From Blepharisma stoltei ATCC 30299 (lineage: Eukaryota > Protista > Ciliophora): DNA of 64,000 nucleotides. Shown piece by piece: positions 1-11,878 of this stretch (position 1 is its first letter; each line of letters starts with the position of its first letter). Below the pieces are notes generated by a model. The model did not search any database and was not told where the DNA came from. It saw only the letters and a program-made list of their open reading frames with translations. The stretch is taken from positions 372,001-436,000 of the forward strand of contig CBFDEM010000023.1 of NCBI GenBank assembly GCA_965603825.1, written 5' to 3'. The translations under genes were made by a program, and so were the position numbers.

Positions 1-1
1 T

Positions 2-1765
2 TGTCCTGATTTAACGCTCATTGATTTGCCAGGGATAACAAGAATTCCGCTAGCTGGGAGTGACCATCCTGCAGATATTGAAAGAATCACGAAAGAGATG
101 TGCTTCAGGTATATTTCTGACCCAAGGACTATCATTTTATGTTTGTGCCCTGCAAATACTGATTTAAGCACTTCAGAGTCTTTACTGATGGCAAAGAAGG
201 TGGATAAGGCTGGTATCAGGACTATTGGTGTGATAACAAAAATTGATATTATGGACAGAGGGACAAATGCCAAAAAAATTCTTCTAGGCGAGGAAATTCC
301 ATTAAGACTTGGCTATGTTGGTGTGAAAAATAGATCGCAAGAAGACATTAATAATGAGGTTAAAGTAGAAAACGCCTTGCAAGAAGAGAAGCAATATTTC
401 GCTTCCCATCCTGTATATTCAACAATGCCGCAAGGTGTTTTGGGGACTGAAGTTCTTACCCAAAAACTAACTCATGTGATGTTTAACCACATTAAAGGAT
501 TCTTACCAGAAATAATGAGAGAAACTATGTTTAGGATCAAGGAGTGTGACGACAAACTAAAAGAACTCGGCCCAAGTACCCCTGAAGAGCCAAGATATAA
601 AGTTCAGCTTCTTTGGAATATGGTTACCGATTTTTGCGAAATTTTCAAAAACACCATTAGAGGAAAATATGATAGAAAATTATCATCACGAATTACTAAA
701 GATTTAGCTGGAGGTGCCACAATTAAAAGTTACTTTAATTCTTTACTTTCAGAATTCTCATCAAATACTTATAAAGTGACTGAATCATATACAAACGAAG
801 ATATTCAGCATGCAATGGCTTCTCATGAAGGAGACACTATTCCTGGCTTTCCTTCGGTTGACGTGTTCATTTTCTTACTTCAGCCTCAGCTTGAAAAATT
901 AAGAGAGCCAGTTCTTGACTGCTTAATGAATGTCCATTCTTACCTTGATCAGTTAGCTTCTAAGCTGATAGAAAGAATTTTCTACAGATTTCCAGCTTTA
1001 TCTACAGAAATTGCAGAACTCGCCTCTCATGTTTTAGTAAAAGAGAGAGAAGAATGCAGAGAAATCGTAGAAAAAATGATCGATTCTGAAGAAACTTATG
1101 TGTTTACTAATGATCTTGATTACTTAACATCTAGAACTGATATTGTCCCAAAGTCTGATGGAAGACCAAAAAGTTCAGAAGTAATGTTTGTAGATGAAAT
1201 AAGGAACAGAATTGACTGCTATTTTAGACTTGTGATTAGAACTGTAAGAGATAGTGTTCCTAAAGCAATTGGAACCTTTTTAGTAAGATCGGTGATGGAC
1301 AAAATGCAGATGGAATTATATGAAAGAATTAATATGACTGAAACAATTTTGGCAAAAGTAAGTGAACCTCCTCATATAACTGCTGAAAGAAATATGCTTA
1401 AAGGCCAGTTAGAAACTCTTAGAAAGGCAGAAAAAATTATGAAGCATGATCCTGCGCTAGCGATGCAAGCTGAGTCGGTAGAAGACGAAATCAGAAAGCA
1501 AGAAGAAGAATTAAAGGCTGCTGCAGAAGAAAAGAAGAAAAGGGATGAAGAAAAAAAGAAAAGAGAAGAAGATAAGGAAAGAGATAAGGCAAGAAAAGAA
1601 GAATTAGATAACCAAGAAAGAAACAGAAAAGCAACCGAAACTTCTCAAATAATTGAAGACGTAAAACAGCCAGAACCTCCAAGGGTTGAACCGAAGCAAG
1701 CTACTAGCAACTCACTATTTGGCGATATAAAGAAGGCAAAAAGAACAGAAAAATCGCTATTTTAA
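2..1765 (+). CDS. Dynamin-related GTPase, 5'-truncated by window edge
   Basis: Frame is open from position 2 (CPDLTLIDLPGITRIP, G3 DLPG). Contains RTIGVITKIDIMD (G4), GYVGVKNRSQ, middle domain and GED (YFRLVIRTVRDSVPKAI), then a charged tail. No PH or PRD seen. TAA stop. Confidence 0.95.
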   Translation, partial: CPDLTLIDLPGITRIPLAGSDHPADIERITKEMCFRYISDPRTIILCLCPANTDLSTSESLLMAKKVDKAGIRTIGVITKIDIMDRGTNAKKILLGEEIPLRLGYVGVKNRSQEDINNEVKVENALQEEKQYFASHPVYSTMPQGVLGTEVLTQKLTHVMFNHIKGFLPEIMRETMFRIKECDDKLKELGPSTPEEPRYKVQLLWNMVTDFCEIFKNTIRGKYDRKLSSRITKDLAGGATIKSYFNSLLSEFSSNTYKVTESYTNEDIQHAMASHEGDTIPGFPSVDVFIFLLQPQLEKLREPVLDCLMNVHSYLDQLASKLIERIFYRFPALSTEIAELASHVLVKEREECREIVEKMIDSEETYVFTNDLDYLTSRTDIVPKSDGRPKSSEVMFVDEIRNRIDCYFRLVIRTVRDSVPKAIGTFLVRSVMDKMQMELYERINMTETILAKVSEPPHITAERNMLKGQLETLRKAEKIMKHDPALAMQAESVEDEIRKQEEELKAAAEEKKKRDEEKKKREEDKERDKARKEELDNQERNRKATETSQIIEDVKQPEPPRVEPKQATSNSLFGDIKKAKRTEKSLF

Positions 1766-1849
1766 ATAAATCTTATTTATTTTCTTGCATCCTTAAATTA
1801 ACACTATTTTTAAATTTAAACCCACGATTTTACTGAATTTATTATAAAA

Positions 1850-3049
1850 ATGCTCACAAGAATTGGGAAAGTCGCCCGAAGATTCGCAACCTTCAACTGG
1901 GAAGACCCGATTAATTTAACATCACTTCTCTCTGAGGATGAGCAGCTTGTTTACCAATCAGCCATCGCATTTGGCCAAAGCAAGCTGCTTCCTAAAGTCA
2001 CAAAAGCATTTCAAGGTGAGCTAGTCGACAAGCAGATCATGAAAGAATACGGAGAGCAAGGATTTTTAGGCTGCACTCAGACTGACTATGGTCTTCCAGG
2101 AGTAAGCCAAGTCTCATATGGCTTAATGAACCGTGCCATTGAATCCATTGACAGCGGGTATCGATCTGCAATGAGCGTACAAAATGGCTTGGTCATCTAC
2201 CCAATTATGGAGTACGCAAAAAAAGAAGTTAAGGACAAGTTTATCCCTGGCTTGGCTTCTGGAGATTTAATAGGCTGCTTTGGACTTACCGAGCCAGATG
2301 CTGGTTCTGACCCATCAGGAATGAAAACTCGCTTCGTTAAAAAAGGTGACAAATATATCCTCAATGGCTCAAAAACATGGATCACACATGCGCCAATTGC
2401 TGATGTTCTTATTGTTTGGGCAAGAGAAGAGGGTGGAGACATTCACGGATTTTTACTTGAAAGAGGATTTGAAGGGTTAACCACACCTAAAATTGAAGGG
2501 AAAATCTCATTAAGAACTAGTGTTACTGGCATGATCATGATGGACAATGTAGCAGTTCCAGAAAGCCACCATTTACAGGTTACAGGACTGAAAGGGCCAA
2601 TGTCATGCTTAAACCAAGCAAGATTTGGCATCGCATGGGGTGCATTAGGTGCTGCAGAATCTTGCTACAAAATTGCGAGAAATTATACGTTAGACCGCAA
2701 ACAGTTCGGTAAGCCGCTTGCACAAACACAGTTAATTCAGAAAAAGCTTGCAGATATGGCAACAGAACTATCACTTGGATTTAATGCAGTAATTCATGTT
2801 TCAAGGCTAAAAGAGAAAAAATTGGTGCTTCCTGAACAGATCTCAATGATCAAAAGAAATTCATGTTTGAAAGCTTTGCAAATTGCAAGAGATGCCAGAG
2901 ATATGCTAGGAGGCAATGGCATTGTTGACGAATACCATGTCATTAGACATATGGTCAATTTAGAAACTGTCAATACCTATGAAGGGACTGCTGATGTTCA
3001 CGCCTTAATCCTGGGAAGAGCAATTACAGGCTTACAAGCCTTTAAATAA
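1850..3049 (+). CDS. GCDH: Glutaryl-CoA dehydrogenase, mitochondrial
   Basis: Acyl-CoA dehydrogenase motifs [31 protein letters not shown] and the GCDH-type [25 protein letters not shown]. Arg-rich N-terminal presequence. Confidence 0.95.
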   Translation: MLTRIGKVARRFATFNWEDPINLTSLLSEDEQLVYQSAIAFGQSKLLPKVTKAFQGELVDKQIMKEYGEQGFLGCTQTDYGLPGVSQVSYGLMNRAIESIDSGYRSAMSVQNGLVIYPIMEYAKKEVKDKFIPGLASGDLIGCFGLTEPDAGSDPSGMKTRFVKKGDKYILNGSKTWITHAPIADVLIVWAREEGGDIHGFLLERGFEGLTTPKIEGKISLRTSVTGMIMMDNVAVPESHHLQVTGLKGPMSCLNQARFGIAWGALGAAESCYKIARNYTLDRKQFGKPLAQTQLIQKKLADMATELSLGFNAVIHVSRLKEKKLVLPEQISMIKRNSCLKALQIARDARDMLGGNGIVDEYHVIRHMVNLETVNTYEGTADVHALILGRAITGLQAFK

Positions 3050-3061
3050 ATAGGACTTTAA

Positions 3062-3565
3062 TTATTTTTCTAATAGTTTTGATGCCCTGATCATTGCTTC
3101 TCTATATTTTACAATGTCGTCAGATTTTATATTGAATTCTTTATTTATCGTCTCAAAATGGAAAGCGTCTTCTGAAAAGTTACGTACTAAAGCTTTATGT
3201 TTTGGGTTTCTGCAAGGAAACATAGAAGCAAAGGTGTCTTTTCTTGGGGAGTTTCCTAAACGCGTAACTGATATTTTATTTTCTTCAGACTCAAAATTTG
3301 GATTTAAGCTGCTTCAATCATAGCCAGAAAGGCCTTTTTTAATTCTTTTCAATGGATATATTGGCACTTTGAATTCAGTTCGGGGAGGAGATAAAATGAC
3401 CTTTTTCTCCCTGAGGATTTTTGGGACATCAATCAAACCAACATCAGCTTTAGCTGGCTGGAATGTGGTGGTCATTAAGCTGAGCTCGTCAAAGGAAGGT
3501 GGAATTATAGTTGATTTAGGTGATGTAAGGAGTTTTCCTATAGAAATGTTTCTTTTATCCAGCAT
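3062..3565 (-). CDS. Hypothetical protein, ~167 aa, one TGA=Trp
   Basis: ATG at 3565 (MLDKRN). Reading through TGA 3314-3316 keeps the frame open to TAA at 3062-3064. Confidence 0.7.
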
Positions 3566-3631
3566 TTTAAAGCCGATTATCAATTTTTAATTGATTTTTA
3601 TTGAAATTATTAATCATATGATTATTACACA

Positions 3632-6600
3632 TTATACGGAAGTGTAAGATTCAATTCTTCTTCTCAGCTTGGGGATTTGCCTTTTAGCTCTTATAAGTGC
3701 ATTAATCCCGTTAATCCATTGTTTAAAAGTAACATAACTTTTAGCAATCAGCTCAATTCTCCCTCCTTGTATCAGAGCTATATGGAAAGGGTACATTGCG
3801 CAGTCTTTGCAAATCTCTTTAAAGGCTGGGCTTTGATGGTCAAGGTATCCCTTTTCCTTCATGAGATCGTATTTTTCTTGTGTTTCTTTGGTAAAATTGG
3901 TGAATTCTAAGTCTTCTTGCCCAAGCTTCTTTTGGATTTTGAGAATTGTCATGGTAATTTGAGGGATTATTGGAGCCATTATTTGGTCAATAGAAATGCT
4001 AGACTCAAAGCCAGGCTTCAGCGGCTGTCTTATATCGATTCTTTGTAAAGATTTATGAAGCCTGAAGTACTTGATTCCATAGCCACATGCTTCAGGAGGA
4101 TTTCTCACTGAATCTAAAGGATCAAAAGCTTGGAGTTTCAAAGAGTTATGCTGACTGAATTTTTTATAAATTTCAGCACCTTCGAGTAATGGCATTATTC
4201 TTTCATAAAAGTTTTTCTCAGACTGTGTAGTGTCTTCAAGATTAAATCTATAATATTTCTTTTGGCTTCTGACTTGTGCAGGAATTAAGGGAATTCTCTC
4301 AGAAATCATTTGTGCTTGCTTACCAAGTGTTTTTTCTACAAATTCAAAATAAGGATTAGGCTCTATTTGAGGAGAGTCTTCAGGCTTCTCAGGAATATCA
4401 AACTGAAGAATGTTAGTGGGTGGAATTGGAATATCTTGAGATTTTGGTTTTATTATTTTTCCGAAGCTTCTTGATCTGCTTTTTTCATTCAGGTTTTCGG
4501 GTTTAAATGGAGATCTTGAGGTATGCTGAGACTCATTAGTTCTCCCTGCTTTATTTTCTAGCTCTTCTAATTGTTTTTTGTCGTGTTGGATTTTTATTAA
4601 AGATGTTTCCAATACCTGTTTCTGTGTTCTCAGCATAGCTTCTTCTTGCTCTAATTCAGATAAAACTTTGACACTTGCAGCATCAATTGCGTCGATTCCT
4701 TCTTGGAGCTTTAGTAGTTCCCCTGTTCGTTCATCAATGCTTTCTTTTATGCCAAAGAGTTTGTTTTCTCCTCCTTCCTGCTGCTGTATTTGATTATTAA
4801 TTTCCTCTAAAGAGTCTAACATATCTTGTCTTTTGCATTCAAGGATTTTTTCAATCTGACATTCAACAGACTGATACTCATCTTCTGTTTCTTTAATCTG
4901 CAAATTTATCTGCAAAATTTCTTTTTTCATTTTTTTCAGCATTTCTTCATATTCCAACAGCGCTGGCTTTATGAAATTTTCAATTGTAGCAGTTTCCTTT
5001 GCAATCAATTTTTCCCAAAACTGAACATTATGGTGCAGAGAGTGAGCTTGCTGCTTTAGTCTAAAATCTCCAGCCCCAGACTCAGAAGTGGTACTTCCAT
5101 CAAGTCGTTTTGTTAAGTTTTTTTCTTTCATAATAAATTTCATCAAATTTTTCCTCATTTCGATTTTTTCTTTTTCAAATTTTGCTTTTTCTTGTATGAG
5201 CTTATACAGACAGTCTTCGAATCTAGCTTGATTTATTCTTTTTTCCTCAAGTTTTGCATTGATAGTTACTAGATATTTTTCTCTTGAAATTATTTTTTGT
5301 ATATAAATATTTATTAAATTTTCAAGAGATTTTCTTTGCTCAAAGTCATCGATTAGACTGAGAGAGCTGATTTTAAATTCATCAATAATTGCTTTGTCGA
5401 GGACTGTTATTTTGCCTATAGGTCTTGGTCTTCCTAAGGCTGATTCTACTTCAGATTTTCACTGTTCAACTGCTGCCATTCTATTCCTGTACTTTTGCTG
5501 ATGCTCATTTAGTTCTGCTTCCAGCTTGTAAACAGTTTCTGGATCTTCTTCGCCTTTGAGCCTTTCCATTAATAATGATTCTTTTGCTTCCCATTCTTCT
5601 GACATCCTTGTCTGGTTCTTTATCATTTCTTTAAGCTGGACCCTTAATATTTCTTCTTCAATATCAAAATTTTCGTTGCAATTTACCCTCATAATTACTT
5701 CCTGTAGCGTTTCTAGTCCATAATTTCTGCACTTGATATTTAAAAACGATTCCAGTTTTTCGATTTCTTGCTGGTCTTTGAAATTTGGGGTATTTGAATA
5801 AACATGATTAATAGAATCTCTGCAATCTTCAATTTTTGATTTATACTCTTGAATATTCCTATTGGTTTCCCCCAATTTTCATTCCAGATTTTGAATTTTT
5901 TCGATATATCCTTCTTTTTGTTGGGTCAAAAAATTAAATTGCTCAACTAAGTCGACTTCTTCGTCAAAATATTCAAGCTCATCTGCATATTCTAGCCTCA
6001 ACCTTTCATAGACTTCTTCATCTTCTTCTCTTTGCGCTATGTATTCGGCCCTTGTGATATATCTTGAGTCCAGCTCTTCTTTGCACATTTTGATACAATT
6101 TTCAATTCGCTTAATTTCTTCTGAGCATTCTTGCTGCTTTGTAACTAATTTTTGCTTTTTATTAAGGAGGGTGGAGGATTCAGCTTCAAGGGGAATCAAA
6201 GAATTTTGATATGCTTGAAGTTTGCCTTGCTGGGCAGATTCTTTTAGCTTTTGCCTTTTAGCGACTGAATTTGATGTAGACTGGTACTCATCATGAAGCT
6301 GCTGGATGAGATCTTTGAGAGCTGCTGCTTTTTGAGATAGTGGATCTCTAGAAATTTTGCAGTTCTGAACTTCGAATTGTTTTTGCTTGCCTAGAGATCG
6401 AAGCTTGTTTTGGATTTCGGTGAGCTGATTATTGAATGCTTCTTCTTTGCTAACTGAAATTCTTAGTAAATTAATTCGCTGTTGAATTTCATCCCTCTCT
6501 TGATTTTTCTTAAAATTCAAAGTAGAAATTTGAAGTGGAAAATTTGATTGAATAGGAGACGGAGTTGGCCTCTCTGTAGCAGATTCAAGTTTTTGGTCGA

Positions 6601-6658
6601 TTTCAGCAATCTCTTTTTTGAGTCGCTGGATCCTCGTCATTGAAGAGGGATTCATCAT
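3632..6658 (-). CDS. Long coiled-coil protein with C-terminal PH-like domain, ~1008 aa
   Basis: Three track ORFs (5879-6658, 5459-5875, 3632-5158) share one frame, joined by TGA at 5879-5881 and 5459-5461; I translated 5159-5458 and it is open. The C-terminal LLEGAEIYKK...IELIAKSYVTFKQWINGINAL resembles a PH domain. Confidence 0.85.
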
Positions 6659-6955
6659 ATTTTTAAAATTTTCGTGAAAGCCTTATTTCTTATTGACAAT
6701 TTTAACAAATTAAAAGGAGGATTGTTATTACATGATAGTCAATTTTTTATATTTTTACTCTTAAGCTTTGTGAAACTTCACAACTTTTTGATTGACTATT
6801 TATAATGATATATGCCGCCTCTTCTTTTATTCATATATTTATATCTTTTCTTTTTTAATTTTCGATATCTAAATTATGTAGATTTATTTGGAAAAATCGA
6901 TTTAGCGGGGCTCACTCATATTTCCCTTATTCTTGACAAATAAATTGCTTTACAA

Positions 6956-7007
6956 CATATAATATACAATGCTCCAGTATGCATATAATATACAATGCTC
7001 CAGTATG
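6956..7007. repeat. Perfect 26-bp tandem duplication (CATATAATATACAATGCTCCAGTATG x2)
   Basis: Copies at 6956-6981 and 6982-7007, read directly. Confidence 0.95.
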
Positions 7008-7068
7008 ACTATGATATCATTTGTTTTAATGCTAATATCCCATTTCATTCATTTTCTACTTAATATAA

Positions 7069-7722
7069 TTATTTCTTTTCTTGTGCTTTTGACCATGCTT
7101 CTGCAATGGTCCTTTTCATATCTTCATCTCCGTTTTGATAAAGATCTTGCATCATTTTCATTAAGCTCGCTCCAGGGTCTTTAGAATCTTCTTCTGGATC
7201 TTTTTCTTCACCTTTACCCACAACTGGAGCTTTAAACTCCAAACTGTCCCAATGTGCATCTTCTTTCTTCTTCAAAGTTAACGAAAACCCACTAGATTTA
7301 TATGAAATCCTGCAGCTCGCAATTGGCTTATGTAGTCTAGCGAATCTCAGGCGATAATTAAGTCCATCAAGATCCACAATCTTCACATCAACTGATTCTG
7401 GAGTATGGGTCATAGTAACCTTATCTTTAGCCCCTCTGAGATCTCCTAAAGAAGTGACATAAATTTTGACATCTTTTCCTTCTTGGTCCCAGGCAAATCT
7501 TTCAATAGGTTTGTAAACTAAATTGTCTTTTGGCTCTGGACCATCAATTTTTACTTCTTCAGTCGTGACCTTAGGAGGTGGAGGCGCTAATGAGTCTAGT
7601 TCAGTTTGTAGCTCAGCTCTGAACATTAAAAGACGTGCTTGAACACTCTGTCTTGCTGACTGAGAAATTAGTTTATCTAATTCCGCAATGTCCTGCTGCA
7701 ATTCGAGTCTTCTAGAATCCAT
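7069..7722 (-). CDS. CACYBP: Calcyclin-binding protein / Siah-interacting protein (CS + SGS domains)
   Basis: N-terminal helical hairpin, CS domain (FAWDQEGKDVKIYV), SGS tail DPGASLMKMMQDLYQNGDEDMKRTIAEAW. ATG at 7722. Confidence 0.9.
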   Translation of the reverse strand: MDSRRLELQQDIAELDKLISQSARQSVQARLLMFRAELQTELDSLAPPPPKVTTEEVKIDGPEPKDNLVYKPIERFAWDQEGKDVKIYVTSLGDLRGAKDKVTMTHTPESVDVKIVDLDGLNYRLRFARLHKPIASCRISYKSSGFSLTLKKKEDAHWDSLEFKAPVVGKGEEKDPEEDSKDPGASLMKMMQDLYQNGDEDMKRTIAEAWSKAQEKK

Positions 7723-7740
7723 CTTTATCAATTATTCTAA

Positions 7741-8460
7741 TTACCAAAAGGCTTTTAAAAATGATTTTCCTTTTCTCCCCCCTTCTTTCCCTTCTCCTGA
7801 ATCAAATTTCTCACTGGCTTCCAGCATGGCCTTTGCCTCTTCGGCTGCTTTTGCTTGATTTTCTACAAATTTCGCTTTTCTCTTTTTGGCTTTTTCATTA
7901 TCTGCTGCAAAATTCTTTACTTGCCTTTCTATAAGTCCTTCTACAAGTTCAATGTATTGAATATAGTTGCTGAACTTAGATAATAAGTCAGGGATTTTAT
8001 CAGCCCTGACATCTCTTCCAAATGCAGACATTACTTTTAGAGCTGAAAGCTTGTGATCAATTTTTCCATTAATAAGGCCTTCATATATTGAATCAATTAT
8101 CAAGTCTTCCAATTCTCTGACAGAAGAAATATTGAGCACTTGTTGAAGATGACTATATGGAAGAACTGTTTGCTCAGATGCTAAAGTTGCAAGCGTGAGC
8201 ATCTTTAATTTCTTTAGCTGCGCTGGGGTGAGTTCAGGAATGTTTGGCTGAGCCTTTTGATAGTCTGCAAGTGTACCATAAGTGAAAATTTCTAATAAAT
8301 TTAGGTATTCAGGAGAAACACCAGCTTGCTCAACATATCTTAAGAGTTCGCCGAAAACAAAAGTGTGAGGGTTACCTATTGCTTGCATAATGAGAGCTTC
8401 GCATGCTTTACCTTTAGCTGTCCTGGCGAGAACAAGATATTGCTCTAGTGCCGCTTCCAT
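7741..8460 (-). CDS. COPS7: COP9 signalosome subunit 7 (PCI domain)
   Basis: LEQYLVLARTAKGKA, PHTFVFGELL, LLEIFTYGT, RELEDLII...GKIDH, GRDVR motifs. Confidence 0.92.
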   Translation of the reverse strand: MEAALEQYLVLARTAKGKACEALIMQAIGNPHTFVFGELLRYVEQAGVSPEYLNLLEIFTYGTLADYQKAQPNIPELTPAQLKKLKMLTLATLASEQTVLPYSHLQQVLNISSVRELEDLIIDSIYEGLINGKIDHKLSALKVMSAFGRDVRADKIPDLLSKFSNYIQYIELVEGLIERQVKNFAADNEKAKKRKAKFVENQAKAAEEAKAMLEASEKFDSGEGKEGGRKGKSFLKAFW

Positions 8461-8823
8461 TTATTTATAAGGGTAGAATAGACAAACTTGTATTCGGGAT
8501 AATTCAAGAGCATTAAAATAATTAATTAAGATCTTCATATAAAAACTATAATTTTATTCTCTGAAATATTTTTATCACAAGCAACTTCTTTTAATCGGTT
8601 TATGTTAATAATCAATCTCCATTTAGAAAATGCACCTTTTAAATAAATTTATAATCGTTTTAATAAAATTTAATAGCAATAATTCTCACAAATAGCGTTA
8701 TATTAGCCAAATTAAAATAATTACTAATTTTGGAATCATTCAGACAACTATAAACTCTTGCTCCTAAAATTCATATTTATGCCTATTTAAAATTAATTTG
8801 AAACAGCCATTATATTTTATAAA

Positions 8824-9153
8824 ATGGGCTGCTGCGAATCTCATAACGAAATATGGGAAATTGAGGTAAAAGCATATGGATCTCGAATTGCCGAAAATCA
8901 AAATATGCATCAAGAGATAGTTGAAGAATTCAGCGATATAAGTCTTGATTCTATTCAAGACTATCACGACTACAAGAGCTCCTTTAACACATGTAATGAT
9001 TTTCATTCTATGAAAAGCTCATATCCATGCACACCGGTATCTACAAGCTCGTCATTCCATCGGAAAGAGCACGAGCTCGCATTTTTAATAACCCTACCTG
9101 ACCTGAAGAAGCAGATTAAGGATTTTAGCTCTGCTGCCGAAATGAGCTTATAG
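8824..9153 (+). CDS. Small hypothetical protein with N-terminal acylation motif (MGCCES)
   Basis: 109-aa ORF after an AAAA-ATG context; MGCC suggests myristoylation/palmitoylation. TAG stop. Confidence 0.65.
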   Translation: MGCCESHNEIWEIEVKAYGSRIAENQNMHQEIVEEFSDISLDSIQDYHDYKSSFNTCNDFHSMKSSYPCTPVSTSSSFHRKEHELAFLITLPDLKKQIKDFSSAAEMSL

Positions 9154-9807
9154 AGTATTAACGGAGTTCAAGCTTATAATTTATAAGTGAATTAAAATTT
9201 GATATTTTACGCTAAATTGTGTGCGCAGAAATAAAAAATTTCTGGAATCTCTCCGATGATAATTATGGTATTTTATCAATAATTTCGATTTGTTCATAGC
9301 CATATTACTAAAAAAGTCTTTAATTCATGCCGGATATTAGCATTTCAGATTTAATTGATTTGAATTTGGCTCAATTTTTATATTTTATTTTGTTATCATC
9401 AGTATTAGATTTAATATGTCATTTCTCAAAATATTTTTATATAATTTTTAAACATAAAGAGAGATTTAAGATTTTATCCATAAGTAAATGTGCTATGTAA
9501 ATTTCATCAGTAAAAATATGGTATTTTAACTTAACGATTACTCTTTGAATAAATAAAAAATAAAACCCTTTTTCATCAATACTGGTGTTCTGATCTATTA
9601 TATTAGATTCTGCCAATAGTAATTTTTTCCTCGTTGCAATCCCATCTAGAAAATTTTTTCACATCAAAGCTTTTAAGATAGGATAACCTCCACCATTTGT
9701 TATTTTTTCGATCAAACTACAAATTAATTAAAATTGCTAAAAAATATTTGCAATGATTCCTCTTTATGCAAATTTTTCAAAAAATGGAATTCAGTTAAAT
9801 TTTAAAT

Positions 9808-11157
9808 ATGCGCTTAGCTACAGCTATAAGATTTAATAAACTTTCACAAGCGTATGAAGGTTTTAACGAACTCACGAAGCATGAGCAAGAACCAGAAGGA
9901 GTGCCTATTCACATTAATGTGATTAAAGAAATTAAAGCTGGAAGTATTATTTTAGAAAAATTCATGCTAAACCAGCTTCAGTCCCGAAGCGCAAGCGACG
10001 TCATTTTTAAATGTTTATTAGGCTCAAATTCAGGAGAAGACTATTTAGAGCAACGTCTTGAAATCCTTGAACACCTCGTTACAAAGCTAGGATTTGAGGA
10101 ATATCCAATAATTCCAGCTAATGCTGAGCTGATTATAACAAGAATCATTAGTACCGAATCAATTTCTGTTAGAAATCACCTTCTACTAATAAAGTTTTTA
10201 AGCAGCCCTGAGGTATTAGAGCTTCTTTTTGACAACCTTAAAACCTGCACAAATTTTAAACCTTCTGCAAAGGTTCTAAAATTTTTGATAATGAAAAATA
10301 AAGAGCTTCAAACGGTAGGAGAAACATTGATAAGTGCGTCTGGAGTCAGTATTTTAGAAACGTATGCAGAGAACCTTGATGTAATTGTTCATATTTTGCG
10401 AAATAATAAAAATGAAAATGTCAAAAACCAAGCGGGCCTCTATGCGCAACCAATTGGTGAAGGAAGAATTTTATTAATGGAGACTCTGAATCTCTTAATA
10501 AGTTTTGAAAACAATACCTTATGCGATATAATCGCTGAATCAGGAGCAGCTGAAGCTTTGACAGAATTATTTGACTATAATGACTGAAATAGCATATTTC
10601 ATTGCACTTACCTAAATTTTGTTAAAATTATCCTTTTAAGCGACTCTCTCAAGCTTAAAGAAGCTTTAATTTTGCAAGCTGGACTTCCCAAAATTTTAAT
10701 GAAGCACGGATATCATCCAATAGCTAAATTAAATCCAGATATAAGAAAGGGAAAAATGGGCCATATACATAAGCTTGCAAATTTATTAGTCAGATACGAA
10801 ATTTTTGACCTATGTCAAATAAACAGTAGAGATCTTGAAGACTGGAAAAGTTTCATAAAGGCCAAAATTGTAAAGCAGAATGAAATAGAAGCAAGAGAAC
10901 TCGGCGAGAATAATAGCACATATAATGACAGCACAAGTGATGAAGAACCAAATCCTGATTTACAGATTAATGATAAAATTGAAGCAAAAGTACTAGAAGA
11001 CGAGCCAGAATCTGAGGATTTTAAAGATGATGCAAAACCAGAAACTAATGCTGTTGCTGCTCAACCTGTGCAAGCATTTGATAAAGAGTATGGCTATTAT
11101 GATTCTGCATTTTGGAGAATTCCTGTGATGTTTGCAGATGTTGAAGCAATAGATTAA
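9808..11157 (+). CDS. SIT4-associated / PP6 regulatory subunit (SAPS family), ~449 aa
   Basis: TGA 10585-10587 read as Trp gives LFDYND-W-NSIFH (SAPS F..Y.WNN.LH). RKGKMGHIHKLAN matches R.GYMGHL..IAN. Acidic tail ends YYDSAFW. Shorter than typical SAPS, so the start is uncertain. Confidence 0.8.
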
Positions 11158-11317
11158 CTATCTATGCTTGAATAATATTTTAATCAACGATTAAATGATA
11201 ATCTTAATAAAATATTCAGCCTTTAGAATAATCTAGATATATGATCTATATATATCACAAACTCCCAATTTAATGTTAAACCATCTAAATCCATTACGAT
11301 GAGTTCTTAGTTAAAGT

Positions 11318-11773
11318 TTAACTGAAAGCATCGCTGAACTTGTGCTTTTTTAAGATCCTTTCATTTTCCTTCTTGGTGTAGTCAATGTGCTTAAGCAAGT
11401 CATTCATGTAAATCTTGGCTGAGCTTATAGGAGACTCAATACGAGTGTTGAGGCTGCCTTTCAATCCCATTTTGTTCACAGCTTCCAGGACTTCTCTTCC
11501 CCACATGCTCTGCTTCAAAAATCTTTGAGTATAAAAGACGTTCGAATCATCAGGACTGGTATGGGTATTGCCTTGGATAGTAACATTGTAGTCATTTTCT
11601 GGATAAAGCGTTCTTGGGACACATCCTGACCTTTTGTAGTAAGGGATTGGCCATTGGTTGGTATGCATAACACGAAGTTGGCTGGAATGAGAAATGTTGT
11701 ACCAAGGATCACTTCCTCCAGTGAAGCATCTTCTTAGGGGAGTTCTAAATACCTTGAAATGTGCAGTCAACAT
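11318..11773 (-). CDS. Mitochondrial protein, likely ciliate-specific ATP synthase subunit (ATPTT13-like)
   Basis: Arg-rich presequence. RVMHTNQWPIPYYKR, DDSNVF..RFLK.S..GR and AKIYMNDL..ID...KENERIL resemble, from memory, the Tetrahymena subunit ATPTT13. Confidence 0.7.
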   Translation of the reverse strand: MLTAHFKVFRTPLRRCFTGGSDPWYNISHSSQLRVMHTNQWPIPYYKRSGCVPRTLYPENDYNVTIQGNTHTSPDDSNVFYTQRFLKQSMWGREVLEAVNKMGLKGSLNTRIESPISSAKIYMNDLLKHIDYTKKENERILKKHKFSDAFS

Positions 11774-11878
11774 TTAAATATGGCTATGCTTTATTTATCT
11801 TTCTAAATATTTTAGTTTTTTAGTCGTCTGCTTATATTTAAATTTGTAAAATCATGATTAGATATAAAGTTTTAGCGT

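Noticed and set aside
6905-6918. GCGGGGCTCACTC, resembling the RNase MRP P4 3' strand
   Set aside because: No matching GAAAGTCCCC-type 5' P4 strand was found upstream.
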